DNA of 63,883 nt, counting the filler, from Phoronis australis (taxonomy: Eukaryota > Animalia > Phoronida), in assembly GCA_002633005.1 (NCBI GenBank). It is 7 parts of 7 records of this genome, joined end to end, with 100 filler letters (N's around TTAATTAATTAA, not from the genome) between each part and the next. Parts side by side here need not be neighbours in the genome. Positions count along the whole stretch, not along the records: positions 45,830 to 56,500 come from NMRA01000897.1; positions 56,601 to 59,409 come from NMRA01003410.1; positions 59,510 to 62,132 come from NMRA01003550.1; positions 62,233 to 63,883 come from NMRA01003914.1; 3 more parts are not named here. One strand, given 5' to 3'. The notes beneath the pieces are model-generated. The model saw only the letters and a list, made by a program, of their open reading frames with translations, did no database searches and had not been told where the DNA came from. Positions 52,201 to 63,883 of the stretch are shown here, piece after piece (within the stretch, counting starts at the first letter, position 1; each line of letters opens with the position of its first letter). A program made the position numbers and the translations under genes.

Positions 52201-53209
52201 CAAAAGCACATCATATAACCAACCCCAAATTTTGGTCTGCGGTCGCTTTCCGCCAAGGGTTTCGATCGTGGATTGCCTGGGATGTTGCAACTGATTTGAA
52301 ATGGACTCAAACCAAACTTTGCATACCATTCATTTGCCTTGAATTCATTTTAAACTAACCCGACCTGAAGGTCCGCCGGTGACTGTCTTTTTTTAAGAAG
52401 AAGCCATAGGCGGAAGTCTGAACTTTGCCCGTTGTGCAGAGGAATAATTTTCGTCGATGGTTTTGGTACATGTGAATTAGACGAATATAGTAAATTCTGG
52501 TTATGATTTGTTGCGAATTGAAGAGATTACACATTGACATCCCACAAGTGTTCTTATGGTTCTGATGGTGTCATGTGGACGCAGTTACATGAAGATAAAA
52601 TGCCGATGAAAAAAATGCTTGGACCGACTTCTGTCAGGTTTAACGAGCGTATTTGTTTTATTTCTCCTGGCCAAGCTCATAAATTTCGTTAAGGAACGAG
52701 ACAAAAAAAATACAACGGTAAGTAGGCCTAGCCTAAATCAAAACTTGGGTTTTTGGCGAAAGGTTCAATGCCGCTTTAGCAAATTACTGTTCATTTTTCT
52801 ACTAACTTAAAACTAGTGTTCTTGATATAATTATGTAAACGACCTACCAATCTTTTTCAACACTAAAACTTTGCCCTATGTTGATGTCACTTGTCCCAGT
52901 TGTGGATGGAAGCCGCAACAAAGTGAACGAGAACATGAACGGATATAATGCACTAAAGCAATTTATGTGGGTCCGCTAATATTTAAAATGCCGGAATAAA
53001 AAACACGTGTCCTATACTTTCTTTCAGTATGATACTGTTGCTCGTGTCATTCAGATCAATAACAACTTTGGGATGTGTTTAATTGGCTGTACGCAAGTAA
53101 GCTATCTTCAAATGCAAGTAAATGCTCTACTCTACATCCAACAAATCAATAACGACTGCCTTGTTCCTGGCACTATAAACGAAGATAACGCACGCAGTGT
53201 CCTCTCAAA

Positions 53210-53415
53210 CAGCCGATTTCATAATGGTGGTTTAACAAAACCAGGTTTTAGACTTAAACCTGGTCTTCCTAAACCTGGTCTAATTTTAGACCTGAGTTGC
53301 ATTTCACCAACATGGTTTAAGAGCCTGAAAGCCTGGTTTTGCTAGACCAGGGAGCTGGTTCAGTAAAACCAGGTTTAAAGTATCAAAAGGACCCCACTGT
53401 GTTGAGCTGGTTAAA
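53210..53415. mobile_element. Palindromic MITE-like fragment with repeated AAACCAGGTTT
   Basis: Repeated AAACCAGG/CCTGGTTT motifs abutting the truncated integrase. Confidence 0.4.
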
Positions 53416-56300
53416 CCCAACGCCAGTAATAATAAAAGACGACTTGGCTTACATGTACGTCTGTATTTTTATAGAACAGCGACCGGAAACCCATTAACCA
53501 AATAATACGTACGAATAGTTCACAAATAATGGCGCAACTTCTCTTTAACTTTAAATGGACAAAGCCCCTACGGGCTCTGGAACCAAAACGCAGAAAGCCA
53601 ATTGAACTTAAGGTCTTTTGGACCAAGTGCTCACGTAGTAACTCATCGGAAAGCTCTTCAATTGCCTTTCCAGCGACTGGGTCGTGATTGGGGTTTTTAA
53701 CACGGCCAAGTTCAATAAGTAATCCTGTGTCGTTTAAGGAGATCATCGTCCTTCAAAGCACTGAAGCCAGGAGCCTGATCCGTACGGATAACTGCTGGAG
53801 GACCATCCAAAGGGCGAAGTTCTATGCACATTTGAAGAAGACAATCTCGCAAGTCGTTACGGCGTTCACTCTCGACAATGCGTGCGACGGTGTAGGAGGA
53901 CACACATTCCCGCAGTACGAGGATCAATTGGCGTTCGCGTTTCATGACATCTGCAGAGAAAGACAGACCGACTGTCGGGGGAGGGTCAGACGAGTGTTGA
54001 GTCATCAACGTTTTGGGGAATGTCTGAAGAGAGCAACACTGGTGGCAAGACTTGGAACATCTGTCAATGGCGGAGTCTAAGTCGAGGGCGTAGAAGTAAC
54101 GTTGGGCAACTAGCCTCAGCTGATTGGATGAGGAATGATCCAAGTGGAGGTGAAGAGCCATGAGTAGACCATCTAAGACAGAACGTAGAACAACTATGCA
54201 TTCGCGAATTGGAGCTAGGGGTGCATTCCTACGGACAACTAGTAAACCATAACTAGCGACCTTGACAATGTTTCGGTAACGCTTCACATCTCGAACATCA
54301 GTCAGCTTCTTACTGGGGCGCGTACCTGAGCATGAGTACGGCGAAGGTCTGAGCATGCAGTTTGGATACTAGGCCGAGCAGAACGGGTAGTGAACGGAAG
54401 CCTAGACCCACCCGATAAGATGTCGTCTGTGGATGAACGAAAGATCACACAATCTTCGGTAGAAGCCACGAAGGAGCACACCTGGCACGCCATGTCTGAA
54501 CACTCAATACTATGTCGGCTTACAAAGTCTGATACAATGTTTGCGGCCCCTGAAACATGCCGAACAGTAGCTTGGAACCGAGATACAGCTGACAAAAATG
54601 TAGACACTCGAGGACTCAAAGAAAATTCGCCTCTACATAAGCGATCAACGGCCTGTACACATGGCTTACTGTCAGTGAGGACCGTAGCACGATGCCTGTA
54701 CTGGATGAGATATGGGCTGAAGTGCTTCAAACCTGCCAAAGCTCACAGGGGGGCCAAAGTACATGGCGGGACTTAAGCTTGGCGCTGAAGAAGGAGGCAA
54801 CCTTGGGTTTTCCGTCCCTCGTAACATATAAGGTGGCTGTAATCCCTGGGTGCCTATCAGAGGCATCTGTCACAATCCTTAAGTTGTCCTCAGATCGGGG
54901 GAGTGTGATGACCTTGTTAGACGAGAGTGCCTTCTGGGCGGCAGAAAATGCACTGACTAGCTCATCGGACCATGTCAATGGATCCTTGGAATCGCGGCCT
55001 GAAATAGCATCATCCAGTGTAGACATATAGGCGGAGCAACGAGGGATAACCCTAGACAGAACCTTGAAGGCACCAATGAATGAACGCATCTGACGCACGG
55101 TTGTAGGCTTGTTGCACGAAGCAAGTGCAGAGATACGATGACTGCTAGCCTGAAGGGTGCCACCTTCCCATATCCAACCCAGGATAGTTGTGCGTCTGGG
55201 GGAAATGACCGTTTTGGTAGGTGACAAATGTAGACCAGACTTAGCAAGGGCAGAAAGTACCAGTTTCCAATTGGTAAGTAGCTCAGAAAGGGTCTGGCCA
55301 CCACAGTACAAGTCGTCTGCCAGCTTGGTGACGATGCCTTGTTCGAGAAGGTTACCAAGAACACGGCAAGTAAGCTCTTTTAATGCTGTTTCTGAGCCCG
55401 GCATCCCCATAGCACATCTGGCATAGACACGAATGCCATGAAAGGGGGTTACCACGCCGCAGTACTTCATGGACTCACGAGACAGGGGAATTTGATAAAA
55501 AGCACTTGTGAGGTCCGTCTTGACTATAAATCGCCACTGGGCTAATTTTGCGTAGGACCGAATCTACATCGGGCATGAGTGACGGTTGGGGTTTGGCATA
55601 TCTTCCAACGTCCGCAAAGGCTGTCACAAGTCGAAATTCACCACTAGGCTTTTTGACCAGGAAGGATGGATTGAGATACTCAACTTGAACTTTCACATCT
55701 TCGGGACGAACAAAGACACCGAGAGCCTCAAGTTTGTGAAACTTCTGTTGGAGGTCATGGTGCTTCGTCGGTGAGTACATAGGTAGATGGCCTTTGCGTT
55801 GGGGCGGCTGTGTGGGACCCATGTTAACAGAGGCTTCAAATGGACCGGCGGATCCATTGTAACCTGTAAAATTGGGGGGTGAAGATAGTAGCAAAGGACT
55901 CGTGGAGGCGTTCGAAAGCCTTCCGCGTGACATCCGGTAAAACTCCATCGAGATCGACTGAAGCAAAGCAAAAATGCTGCTTGGTTGGTGAATAGGTTTG
56001 GGAGGGTGCTACCGTTGAACTTGTACGTATAGGTGGTGAACCTGACAAGTGTTCGTCCTTGCGTAAGAACCGGGGTTCATTTGTGTCATTTAGTAGGGGT
56101 AACTTGTCTTGGTCAACAGTAATGATCTGTGGTTTGGGCCACAAGTCACAGGGGTCGCAACATCGGGCACTTGGGGAATCTGTTCGGGGTTCAATGGGGC
56201 TATTCGGAAAATCTACAATAACTAGAGGGCGTGCGTGTACTAGTGGTGATAGATTAACAGCCTCGATTTCGCGAGCCCTTTAAATACATGGTGAAAAGGC
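53411..56300 (-). mobile_element. Decayed Ty3/Gypsy-type LTR retrotransposon pol (RT-RNase H-integrase), multiple frameshifts
   Basis: RT: [40 protein letters not shown]. RNase H: IVTDAS, VLTDSKP, GAANIVSDFVSR. Integrase: HHCC (HLHLDH...CHQC) and D-D-(E) (FSADV, RTDQAPGF, PVAGKAIEE). The order RT-RH-IN is Gypsy-like. No LTRs recognised. Confidence 0.92.
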
Positions 56301-56500
56301 TTGCAGCCGTGTCAACTGAATCTGAGATTGCGTAAAAAGGGTGCTTGTATGAGAGGAAGTAAGCACGACCTCATACAAAGGTAAGGTTTGTGATTATTTT
56401 AACGATTATTCCATGATTATTCTACCGATGCCTGTTAACTGAGGCACTCGCCGATGTCGACTTCGCGGCAGTCAGTCGCCAGCCAGAGTCTGGTTAATCT

Positions 56501-56600
56501 NNNNNNNNNNNNNNNNNNNNNNNNNNNNNNNNNNNNNNNNNNNNTTAATTAATTAANNNNNNNNNNNNNNNNNNNNNNNNNNNNNNNNNNNNNNNNNNNN
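56501..56600. other. Artificial spacer 4
   Basis: Same construct. Confidence 0.97.
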
Positions 56601-56860
56601 TATTTGAAAGTTTCATGTGAACTCGCACTGCCGTCCCCCGAGATATGATGTTCCAAAGTTAGCCTAAGTAAATTGACATATCTTTTTAGGTTTCTGCTTA
56701 GCTACTTCAAAAAAATGTGGGTTCTGAACAGAACACACGCACGCACACACACACACACACTCACACACAAAATAGAAGTACTGATTCAGGCTGTAATATT
56801 GGTGATGGAGTGTCAGAATAATGCACAGCGTTAATATGTCATCTTTTTCTGTTTGTGTAG

Positions 56861-56918
56861 GTGGCTGGAAATTTTCATTTTGCTCCAGGAAAAAGCTTTC
56901 AACAAAATCACATTCACG
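56861..56918 (+). CDS. ERGIC3: ERGIC3 exon (VAGNFHFAPGKSFQQNHIH)
   Basis: Hallmark Erv46/ERGIC3 motif; tag| and G|gtaagt (phase 1). Confidence 0.93.
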
Positions 56919-57657
56919 GTAAGTTATGTTCAAAGGGTGATAAACCCATGCCTTCAGTCCCTGACAGCCAGTCAGTCTCTCTCATCTTGAGAACTGACAG
57001 GTCATTACTGCTTCAAATCAGGTCCATAAGTTGCTCAACATGCCATGTTAGTTTTTGTCGTCAAGGCAGCATGGTTGTCGGAGGACTTTGCTTAACATGT
57101 GATATACATATTGTAACCAATTTTAATAAGAACATGATGACATTGCTTTGGAGGAGCTCATACAGCTGACCACAAAGACAGAGTTTGTAGCTGCTTTATG
57201 TTTTATTGTAGTTTTGTTTGTTAAGTTTAATGTTTCCATTCCTTGAATCAGGAATTTTACAAGCCTCTATGCTAGGCATGCATTAACCCATCATTACCGG
57301 AATACTCGGAATGTATTTCTGTTATATTGGTCCAATGACAATAACTCTTCTGTAATAAGTAAGTATTGAACGGTCAACCTGCATTATAAAATGCCCGATT
57401 CATCGTGTGCATTGGCTTGAAATGTGCCATTCCACAGACCCCAAGTTGTTTGGTTACAGTGTACTTTAGTTACAACAAATGTTTTAGAGAAGTAACTGTA
57501 GTGTAATAAAAATCACCCATTTCTGCTATAGGCATTATCATGATGATGAAGGTGGGCAGCCACATTCAGCTTTGTCAAAGTCTTCCCCTCCCTGGTCACC
57601 ACCACATTCAACAGATGATGTGGTAAAGTAATGAAATAAATACTTCTTTTCTTTCAG

Positions 57658-57689
57658 TTCACGACCTGCAGGCATTTGGAGGACAATCA
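57658..57689 (+). CDS. ERGIC3: ERGIC3 micro-exon (VHDLQAFGGQS)
   Basis: 32 nt; tttcag| and |gtaagt; continues HIH-VHDLQ in phase. Confidence 0.9.
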
Positions 57690-58180
57690 GTAAGTACAGT
57701 ACAAGACAAAAGTAATCAATAGGCCATGTATAGTACAAGACAAAAGTAATCAGACAAAATACTGATTTCCCATCATGACAACTGACTCTGTTAACAGCAG
57801 TAGTAGTTACTATGGTGACAAAATTCTAATCATAAATGGCTTACCCACCATACAAACTTTGTTGTTAACTCCCCTTCATGCACAGTCACGAGGGGAGACT
57901 ACTGATGGTGAATCTGGCTTCCACCCAGCCGTCGTGACAGAGAATCCTGGGTCATTTTGTCCGAATACTTTTGGCTTCTACTGTTAGAAAATGGGTAAAA
58001 GAATCTAAATTGATCTGTAACATGACAATGATGCCTTGCATTTCACGAAACTTTTGGCAACCTGAACACCCTGCAAGATCTCTTTGTATCGCTGAATAAA
58101 ACAAAGCTGCATCTTAAATTATTTAATTTTTCCACTCATTCCAGTAAAATCGTTTGACTCGTTCACCTTGTGTGTTTCAG

Positions 58181-58277
58181 TTCAATCTCAGCCACATTGT
58201 GGGCCATCTGTCTTTTGGCAAAGACTACCCAGGCATGGAGAATCCTTTAGATGGCATGCATGTAGTGGCAGAAAAGT
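58181..58277 (+). CDS. ERGIC3: ERGIC3 exon (FNLSHIVGHLSFGKDYPGMENPLDG...)
   Basis: Conserved HLSFG.DYPG..NPLD; tttcag| and |gtgagt. Confidence 0.93.
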
Positions 58278-59409
58278 GTGAGTAGATCTGCCAGAGATCA
58301 GCAACCGCTATCAATATAGTATGTTTGTATTTGTTCATGTTCTTTATGTGCCAGAATTTCTAGCACCTTATTCCTGTTCCTATAGCCATAAATGTTCCAA
58401 ATGTCCCTCCGCCTTGCAGCATTGATTTTCCAACTGTTGATAGAAGCTCTCTACCTCTAAGACCAAACCTGCAATACAAAAATACTATGTTATTGTACAA
58501 GATGAAATCACTTCAAACACAAACTGTTGCTGAAACAAATACACAAGAATATAGTTATTGACCAAGCTGATGGCAGATGTCACTAGAGTAAAATACAGCA
58601 TAAGGACAACAAGGAAGCACTGTCCATCGCAACGTTAACTATTCATTTGAACATGGTCTGTCTGTGAAATTTATATCCACAGTTAACATTCACAACTTTG
58701 GCAAATATTACATCTATAACTCATCAATACTAACAGTGAAAGCATATTCAGTAATGTAGTTTGATTATGTCACAAACACAGACAGTTAAAATCGACTCAT
58801 TTGTTAAATTTGGATCACAAATTCTGATTCTTAATAACAATGGATTTCCAATGTTTGTTGCAAGCAAATTGTACCGTGATTGCAGTTTTGTAAGTTCTAA
58901 AAATGGGACAGTAATGATTCTAAAGTTGAGCAATTAGTCAAAATGTAAGTATAACTCAGTTTGTGTGGTCCTATACATGGTTACAAATTGAGACTTGCAG
59001 TTGAAAGCCAGGATCCAATTTATTTAGAGCTTAACTTTTTAAGGTATTTAAATAATCAAATTTGAAAAAAAAAATGGAAACGGCAACCATTAAGAGGCCA
59101 CGGAAATAGTCCCAACAGTTTGATTAATGGGTTTCTCTGTGAAAGAACTAGCATGTCAGTTAAGGTGTGCAAGCAAAGAATTGTGTCTGAAAGGCAAATA
59201 GGTGCGAGGGAGAATATGTGTCCTTGAGAGGGGAATAGTGTGCATGAGTGAATTTTGTGTGCAAGTAGGTCACTGCCTCACACAGGCAAACAAGTCTAGA
59301 TACCTTGAATATGTAAATTCTAATTCTAGATGTCTGGAATTAATTATCTAAAAAAACACAAAGTCTACTTTGTGTGATACCTAAACAAGAACAGACTAAA
59401 TGAAAGCTT

Positions 59410-59509
59410 NNNNNNNNNNNNNNNNNNNNNNNNNNNNNNNNNNNNNNNNNNNNTTAATTAATTAANNNNNNNNNNNNNNNNNNNNNNNNNNNNNNNNNNN
59501 NNNNNNNNN
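59410..59509. other. Artificial spacer 5
   Basis: Same construct. Confidence 0.97.
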
Positions 59510-60736
59510 ATTTTATGTGATTAAACAACACTCCAACACTAGTGATGTTTCCTTTTCTGTAAAAAAGCTGTCCTGTAGTTGTGTGTCATTTCAAAATGTT
59601 CTGGTTAAAACATCAAAACACATTTAAAGCATGCGATTTTGTGGAACGTTTTATGTTATAACTATTCTAGCTTTAACAGTTTAAAATGCTTGCACTGATA
59701 GAACTTTAACTGTGTCATTTATTTCAGTTTCATAGTCAAAATTCAACCTATAGTGATTAAAAAAATGAACGTTTGTGTTCCTTAAAATTGCTTTGATCAA
59801 AAACAAGATTACTGTGTTCTGTCGGTGAAAACCGTAAGTCACAACAAAGCAGATTCAAAGCCAGAACATGATGGGGGNAGTGCATCTAAAGTAGAACATT
59901 CATCTGGACCTTTGTAATAGGGAGTGTATTAGTGCTCCTGTCCTTATAATGTGTAGGCTTCCTGTACACTCTTCCATGTCTTGTAAGCAGTAGCACTGTT
60001 CAAGGTTGATGAAAATGTTGGTTGAAATTATGAAACATGTCCCAGGTTACACAGCAACACTTGAATTTCGCTGTATTTACCCACAATGCCATAAACATCC
60101 GTCTGGCACATTAGCTGCCTCACTGGCGCGCCATTGGAGTTTTGCGTGTTAGTTGTTGTTGTCTTATTATTTATAATTTTTTTCTCTGCTGCTTTAGTCT
60201 ATTTGTCCTTCCAATGCTAATAAAATATTACTGAGCTGTGCTGTAGGCTGCTGTGAGAAAGTTTAATAAACTGGACAAATACCTGTGGATGCGTGATGTG
60301 AAATTCTTCACCTTCCCAACGTCAATGAGAGACATGAAAATGTGCCCGATTTCCAAAACGAGGTCTTGCGCTTACTTATCTCCGGGACATTAAGGAGAGT
60401 CCTGTCGCCGTGCCATCTGGGGTGGCCCTATTGGTTGGAAAGTTAACATTCTGATATTCCTATTGGTTGAAAGTTAAGAAATGCCTTTATGCACGTGACA
60501 GCAATAACTACACATGACTCATGCACTCCCCACATGTTAATATTCCGCGACTCGTTCAGGATAACAAAGGTGTCTATTAAAGCATATAATGACTCACTAT
60601 ACCTTCTGATTTTCTTTCCTCTTCAAACGTCATAACTGGGCCAATTGCCCACACTGAATCATGTTTGTAAAAACACCATCCTCGCACTTTGCCACTCTTC
60701 CGTAGGTGGCGCTGTGAAAGAGTATAACACTAAAAT

Positions 60737-61699
60737 TACGAGGAGCGGAAAGGGCAAAAATTGTGAAAAAAAGAAAATCAGCTCTTTTTTGTAAATTCAA
60801 TTGTATTTAATGAATTCAATGCTATTTAAATATAATTAAATCCTGTTTCCTAAATTCAAATCTATTCTATTAATTCAACCCAATTTAAAATAAAAATCGA
60901 ACCTGTTCGATAATTCATCTTAGTTTGAAAATTCAATTAAATCTAATAAAATCCATCCTGTGTAGAAGATCCCGTTGCTTTTATAAAGTCAGATGGTGTT
61001 TTAAATATTCAAGCTACAGCCATTTATTCAGTCCCTTTCTGGAGATTCAGTCAACATTCGTAAACTGAGTGTGTAAAATTGATTGTGTTTAAATAAAAAA
61101 TTATCCTGTTTTGGAAATTCTATTTTGCAAATCCTGGTGGTGGGAAGCAAAACTAGTTTGTCACGTGACTGAAAATGGTGTAGCTCACTCTGGTGCTCTT
61201 TGTTAATGAGATTAAAAATATTAAAGTTCAGATTCTTGCAGGCAATTTTTTTGGTGGAAATGTATACACTGTACACGCTTGAGCATTCGTTGCGAAGACT
61301 TTTTGATCTGACTAACTTAGAAGGATCGACGTTAATACTGATACGGGCTTCAGCCTTTCATAGCGGGATTAATATCGGGAATCGCTGACAGGATTGAAGA
61401 CTCTAATAAAACATGATCGATTTTTATAACGGGGTTAGTTTTGTAAATTGCCAAAAGGATTGACAAAACAGGGCCGATTTTATAAAACATGCTCGATTCT
61501 CCGAAACAGGTTCGCTTCCAAACAGGGTTGTTTTCCATAGAATTGAATTTAGAAAACAGGAATGATTTTTAAGTAGGATTAAATTTACAAAATAGAATGT
61601 AATGATATTTTAAGCAAGGTGAATTTATTAAATAGAGTTGAATTTACAAAGCAGGGTTGCTTTTCGTTTTCACAATTTTTGCCCTTTCCATCCTTCCTA
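60737..61699. mobile_element. Mariner-like MITE (~960 bp)
   Basis: TIRs GGAAAGGGCAAAAATTGTGAAAA / TTTTCACAATTTTTGCCCTTTCC with TA at both ends, and inverted AT-rich subterminal arrays. Confidence 0.75.
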
Positions 61700-62132
61700 T
61701 AAAATGACATCAATTAAAAGTATTTTGATATCACATCCAAATACATTTTAAATGTGACTGATGTGTTGAACATGTTCTTGATTATTTTGCGTATTTGGAA
61801 TCAAAATTTCATTTTTCAAATTCAGATAATAATAGAATTTTGAGTTAATATTCCATGTTTCAAAGTTCAATTTCAATTTGAAAATTTAACTGGAATCCAT
61901 CACAGGGACCGTCATGATTCCCCACCTCCTTGGGCGTTGACCCCTTCAAGTAAGGTAGTGTCCTGCAGTGTCCTGCTGTGTGATAGCATTCCCTAATGAT
62001 GCATTAACAATCAATCAGTGGTCACATTACTTGACAGACTAAACAATTTAAATGCAGGATCTACAGTAACCACTTAAATTACAAAAGCCACATGTTTTAA
62101 AGATGTAATTTTCTTTTAAGTATTTGTTAGAA

Positions 62133-62232
62133 NNNNNNNNNNNNNNNNNNNNNNNNNNNNNNNNNNNNNNNNNNNNTTAATTAATTAANNNNNNNNNNNN
62201 NNNNNNNNNNNNNNNNNNNNNNNNNNNNNNNN
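62133..62232. other. Artificial spacer 6
   Basis: Same construct. Confidence 0.97.
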
Positions 62233-62739
62233 CAGGGCTTGGATTGACCAGTGACAAAAAACGCGGAAACTTTGAAACTTTTACGGCCCAAATCATGCGC
62301 GCTACCCAGCCTTGAAATGGTCGATGTGAACCTTTCCCCGACTAAAATCGGGACTACTAAAAAAAAAAAAAAACGTTACCANACCATCAGTAGCATGCGT
62401 CTGCGTCCTTTTAGCTCGTCCGTCCACTCCCAACCCACACATTTTTGGCTGCAGAGCCATAGTATTTGTCGCCGCGGTTTACAATAACACGAGTCCCCAT
62501 TGAAAATCCCATCACGCTATCCCAGATGCCCCGGCAATGTTGACAATTTACGTTCCTCCGAAACATAAAGAGCAACTTCGAGGTGAACGTCGTCTGCAAC
62601 GCCGCGGTAAGAAAGGAATTTGCCGCGGAAATTTTATATCAAATCCCGATTTTTTTTACACGGAAATATAATAAAATGCGCGGACAGAACATTTGAAAAA
62701 AACGGAAATCCGCGTTTCCGCAGAAAATTCAAAGCCCTG
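62233..62739 (+). mobile_element. hAT-like MITE (CAGGGCTT...AAGCCCTG)
   Basis: Inverted termini and repeated CGCGGAA motifs; second copy at 41850-41981. Confidence 0.7.
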
Positions 62740-63068
62740 AGTACAGCCCCAGAAATCGCTTTCGCATTATATCCAGGTTCTCATTTACTCTCATGCATAC
62801 ATTCACTAGTAAGACGGAGCTCAGAAGAGTAGGAGACACCTTTATGCAATGCTTGAGTGTTGGCCAGTAAAGCCGAGACTGTAAGCCGGGTCTCCTAAGC
62901 TAGAGTCTGAAGCTCAAACCCCTAAGCCATACTGGTCGTATATAATGTTCCAGTTTAAAGTTGCATTTGATCTCAGATGGCATTAAGACAAGTGTGTAGC
63001 TTTAATATATTCTCATACCAAAATCGTTTCTCAAAATTAACCCTCTTTTCTCACTATCTCGACAACAG

Positions 63069-63176
63069 GTGGCGCAGCAGGAGGCCCAGCGAGCACAGTT
63101 CATTGTGGAGAAGGCAAAGCAGGAAAGGCAGCAAAAGATCGTGCAGGCAGAGGGAGAGTCCCAGGCCGCCAAGCTC
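63069..63176 (+). CDS. PHB2: Prohibitin-2 exon ([36 protein letters not shown])
   Basis: Close match to the PHB2 coiled-coil region. It is not shown in the ORF track, which reports another frame. Confidence 0.93.
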
Positions 63177-63186
63177 ATATCCTTTT
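63177..63186 (+). other. U12-type (minor spliceosome, AT-AC class) 5' splice site
   Basis: ATATCCTTTT begins exactly where PHB2 similarity ends and is a perfect U12 consensus. Confidence 0.9.
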
Positions 63187-63715
63187 AAACAGTTTTGTGC
63201 AGTATTGACTGTGTAAGGCTATCACCTAGTTAGTGTATCCTGTGCTTATTTATATTTCGCACGAGGGGTTGAGGCTGCTGTTCCTGTTGAAAGATTCCAA
63301 ACAAGCATCGCGTGAACCGACGTCTTGCGATTACAAGTCAAACCTTCTCTGCTATAACTAGTGAAACCTCCTCTAGTTCACTGGCCATTATTTGTTTCTG
63401 GAAAAAGTTGTCGTCAAAGAAATGTGGGATGTCCCACAGCCAGGCTCATTCACATGGATCTCTGCCTGGTCGTGCTAAGTCAGTTTAATTATGGTTTTGG
63501 CTAAAATTGAACATCCATGCTTTGCATGCCAGGATGCAATTTCTCTTAGCGTCTCTAACTGGCATTCATTGTTGTTGTCAATCTTTTGAAAACACAAACT
63601 CATTTATTTCATTCGGCCTCCATTAATAGGGTGTCAAGATGGCTTGTTATTTTTTTAAAGAGCAATTTATCATTTTATCAAACGCACCTAAATCCCGCTT
63701 GTTTACCCTGATTCT

Positions 63716-63800
63716 TCAGTCATGTGATGATCATTGTGCAGCGTGATTGTCAACTGCCGTCGATTGAAATTAACCAGAGTCACTCATTCGTCTGAAATCT
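63716..63800 (+). ncRNA. Candidate intronic box C/D snoRNA
   Basis: Box C GTGATGA (63724-63730) and box D CTGA (63792-63795) at typical spacing; weak terminal stem; target unidentified. Confidence 0.3.
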
Positions 63801-63883
63801 TGCGGCTGGTATCCTAGTTCGTGCTAGTCGTGTAAGGCCGGACGTAGATCGGGGCACAAGGATCGTCCACACCGCCAGTAGCA

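Noticed and set aside
53688-56283. Plus-strand ORFs over the retrotransposon (and similar ones over the ZF gene)
   Set aside because: Antisense shadows of real coding sequence with no recognisable motifs.
57538-57625. ATGATGA box C-like motif in an ERGIC3 intron
   Set aside because: No box D (CTGA) or terminal stem at a suitable distance before the next exon.
30616-63176. ZNF-PGK-ERGIC3-PHB2 as a gene cluster
   Set aside because: ERGIC3 and PHB2 are separated from PGK by artificial linkers; only ZNF-PGK adjacency is within one scaffold.
62977-63216. 79-aa ORF in the track (MALRQVCS...)
   Set aside because: Wrong frame of the PHB2 exon plus intron sequence.
63430-63460. GGCTCATTC resembling the RNase MRP 3' conserved region
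   Set aside because: No matching GAAAGTCCCC-type 5' P4 strand upstream.

Overview
This is eukaryotic (animal, probably marine invertebrate) genomic DNA, AT-rich, intron-rich and repeat-rich. It is not one continuous locus. Six identical 100-bp artificial spacers (44 N + TTAATTAATTAA + 44 N) join seven separate scaffolds, so adjacency across them carries no biological meaning. Segment 1 holds a promoter/first exon and DNA-transposon remnants. Segment 2 holds four phase-compatible exons of an unidentified helical protein. Segment 3 holds LINE remnants, minisatellites, a 12-finger C2H2 zinc-finger gene (-) head-to-head with phosphoglycerate kinase (PGK, +; one exon present twice), and a THAP remnant. 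Segment 4 holds a second THAP remnant and a decayed Gypsy-type pol. Segment 5 holds three ERGIC3 exons, segment 6 a mariner-type MITE, and segment 7 a prohibitin-2 exon followed by a minor-spliceosome (U12, AT-AC) 5' splice site and a candidate C/D snoRNA. I found no convincing novel multi-gene system. The best leads are the U12 intron with possible intronic RNA, the symmetric bidirectional promoter, the duplicated PGK exon and acceptor, and the orphan gene.
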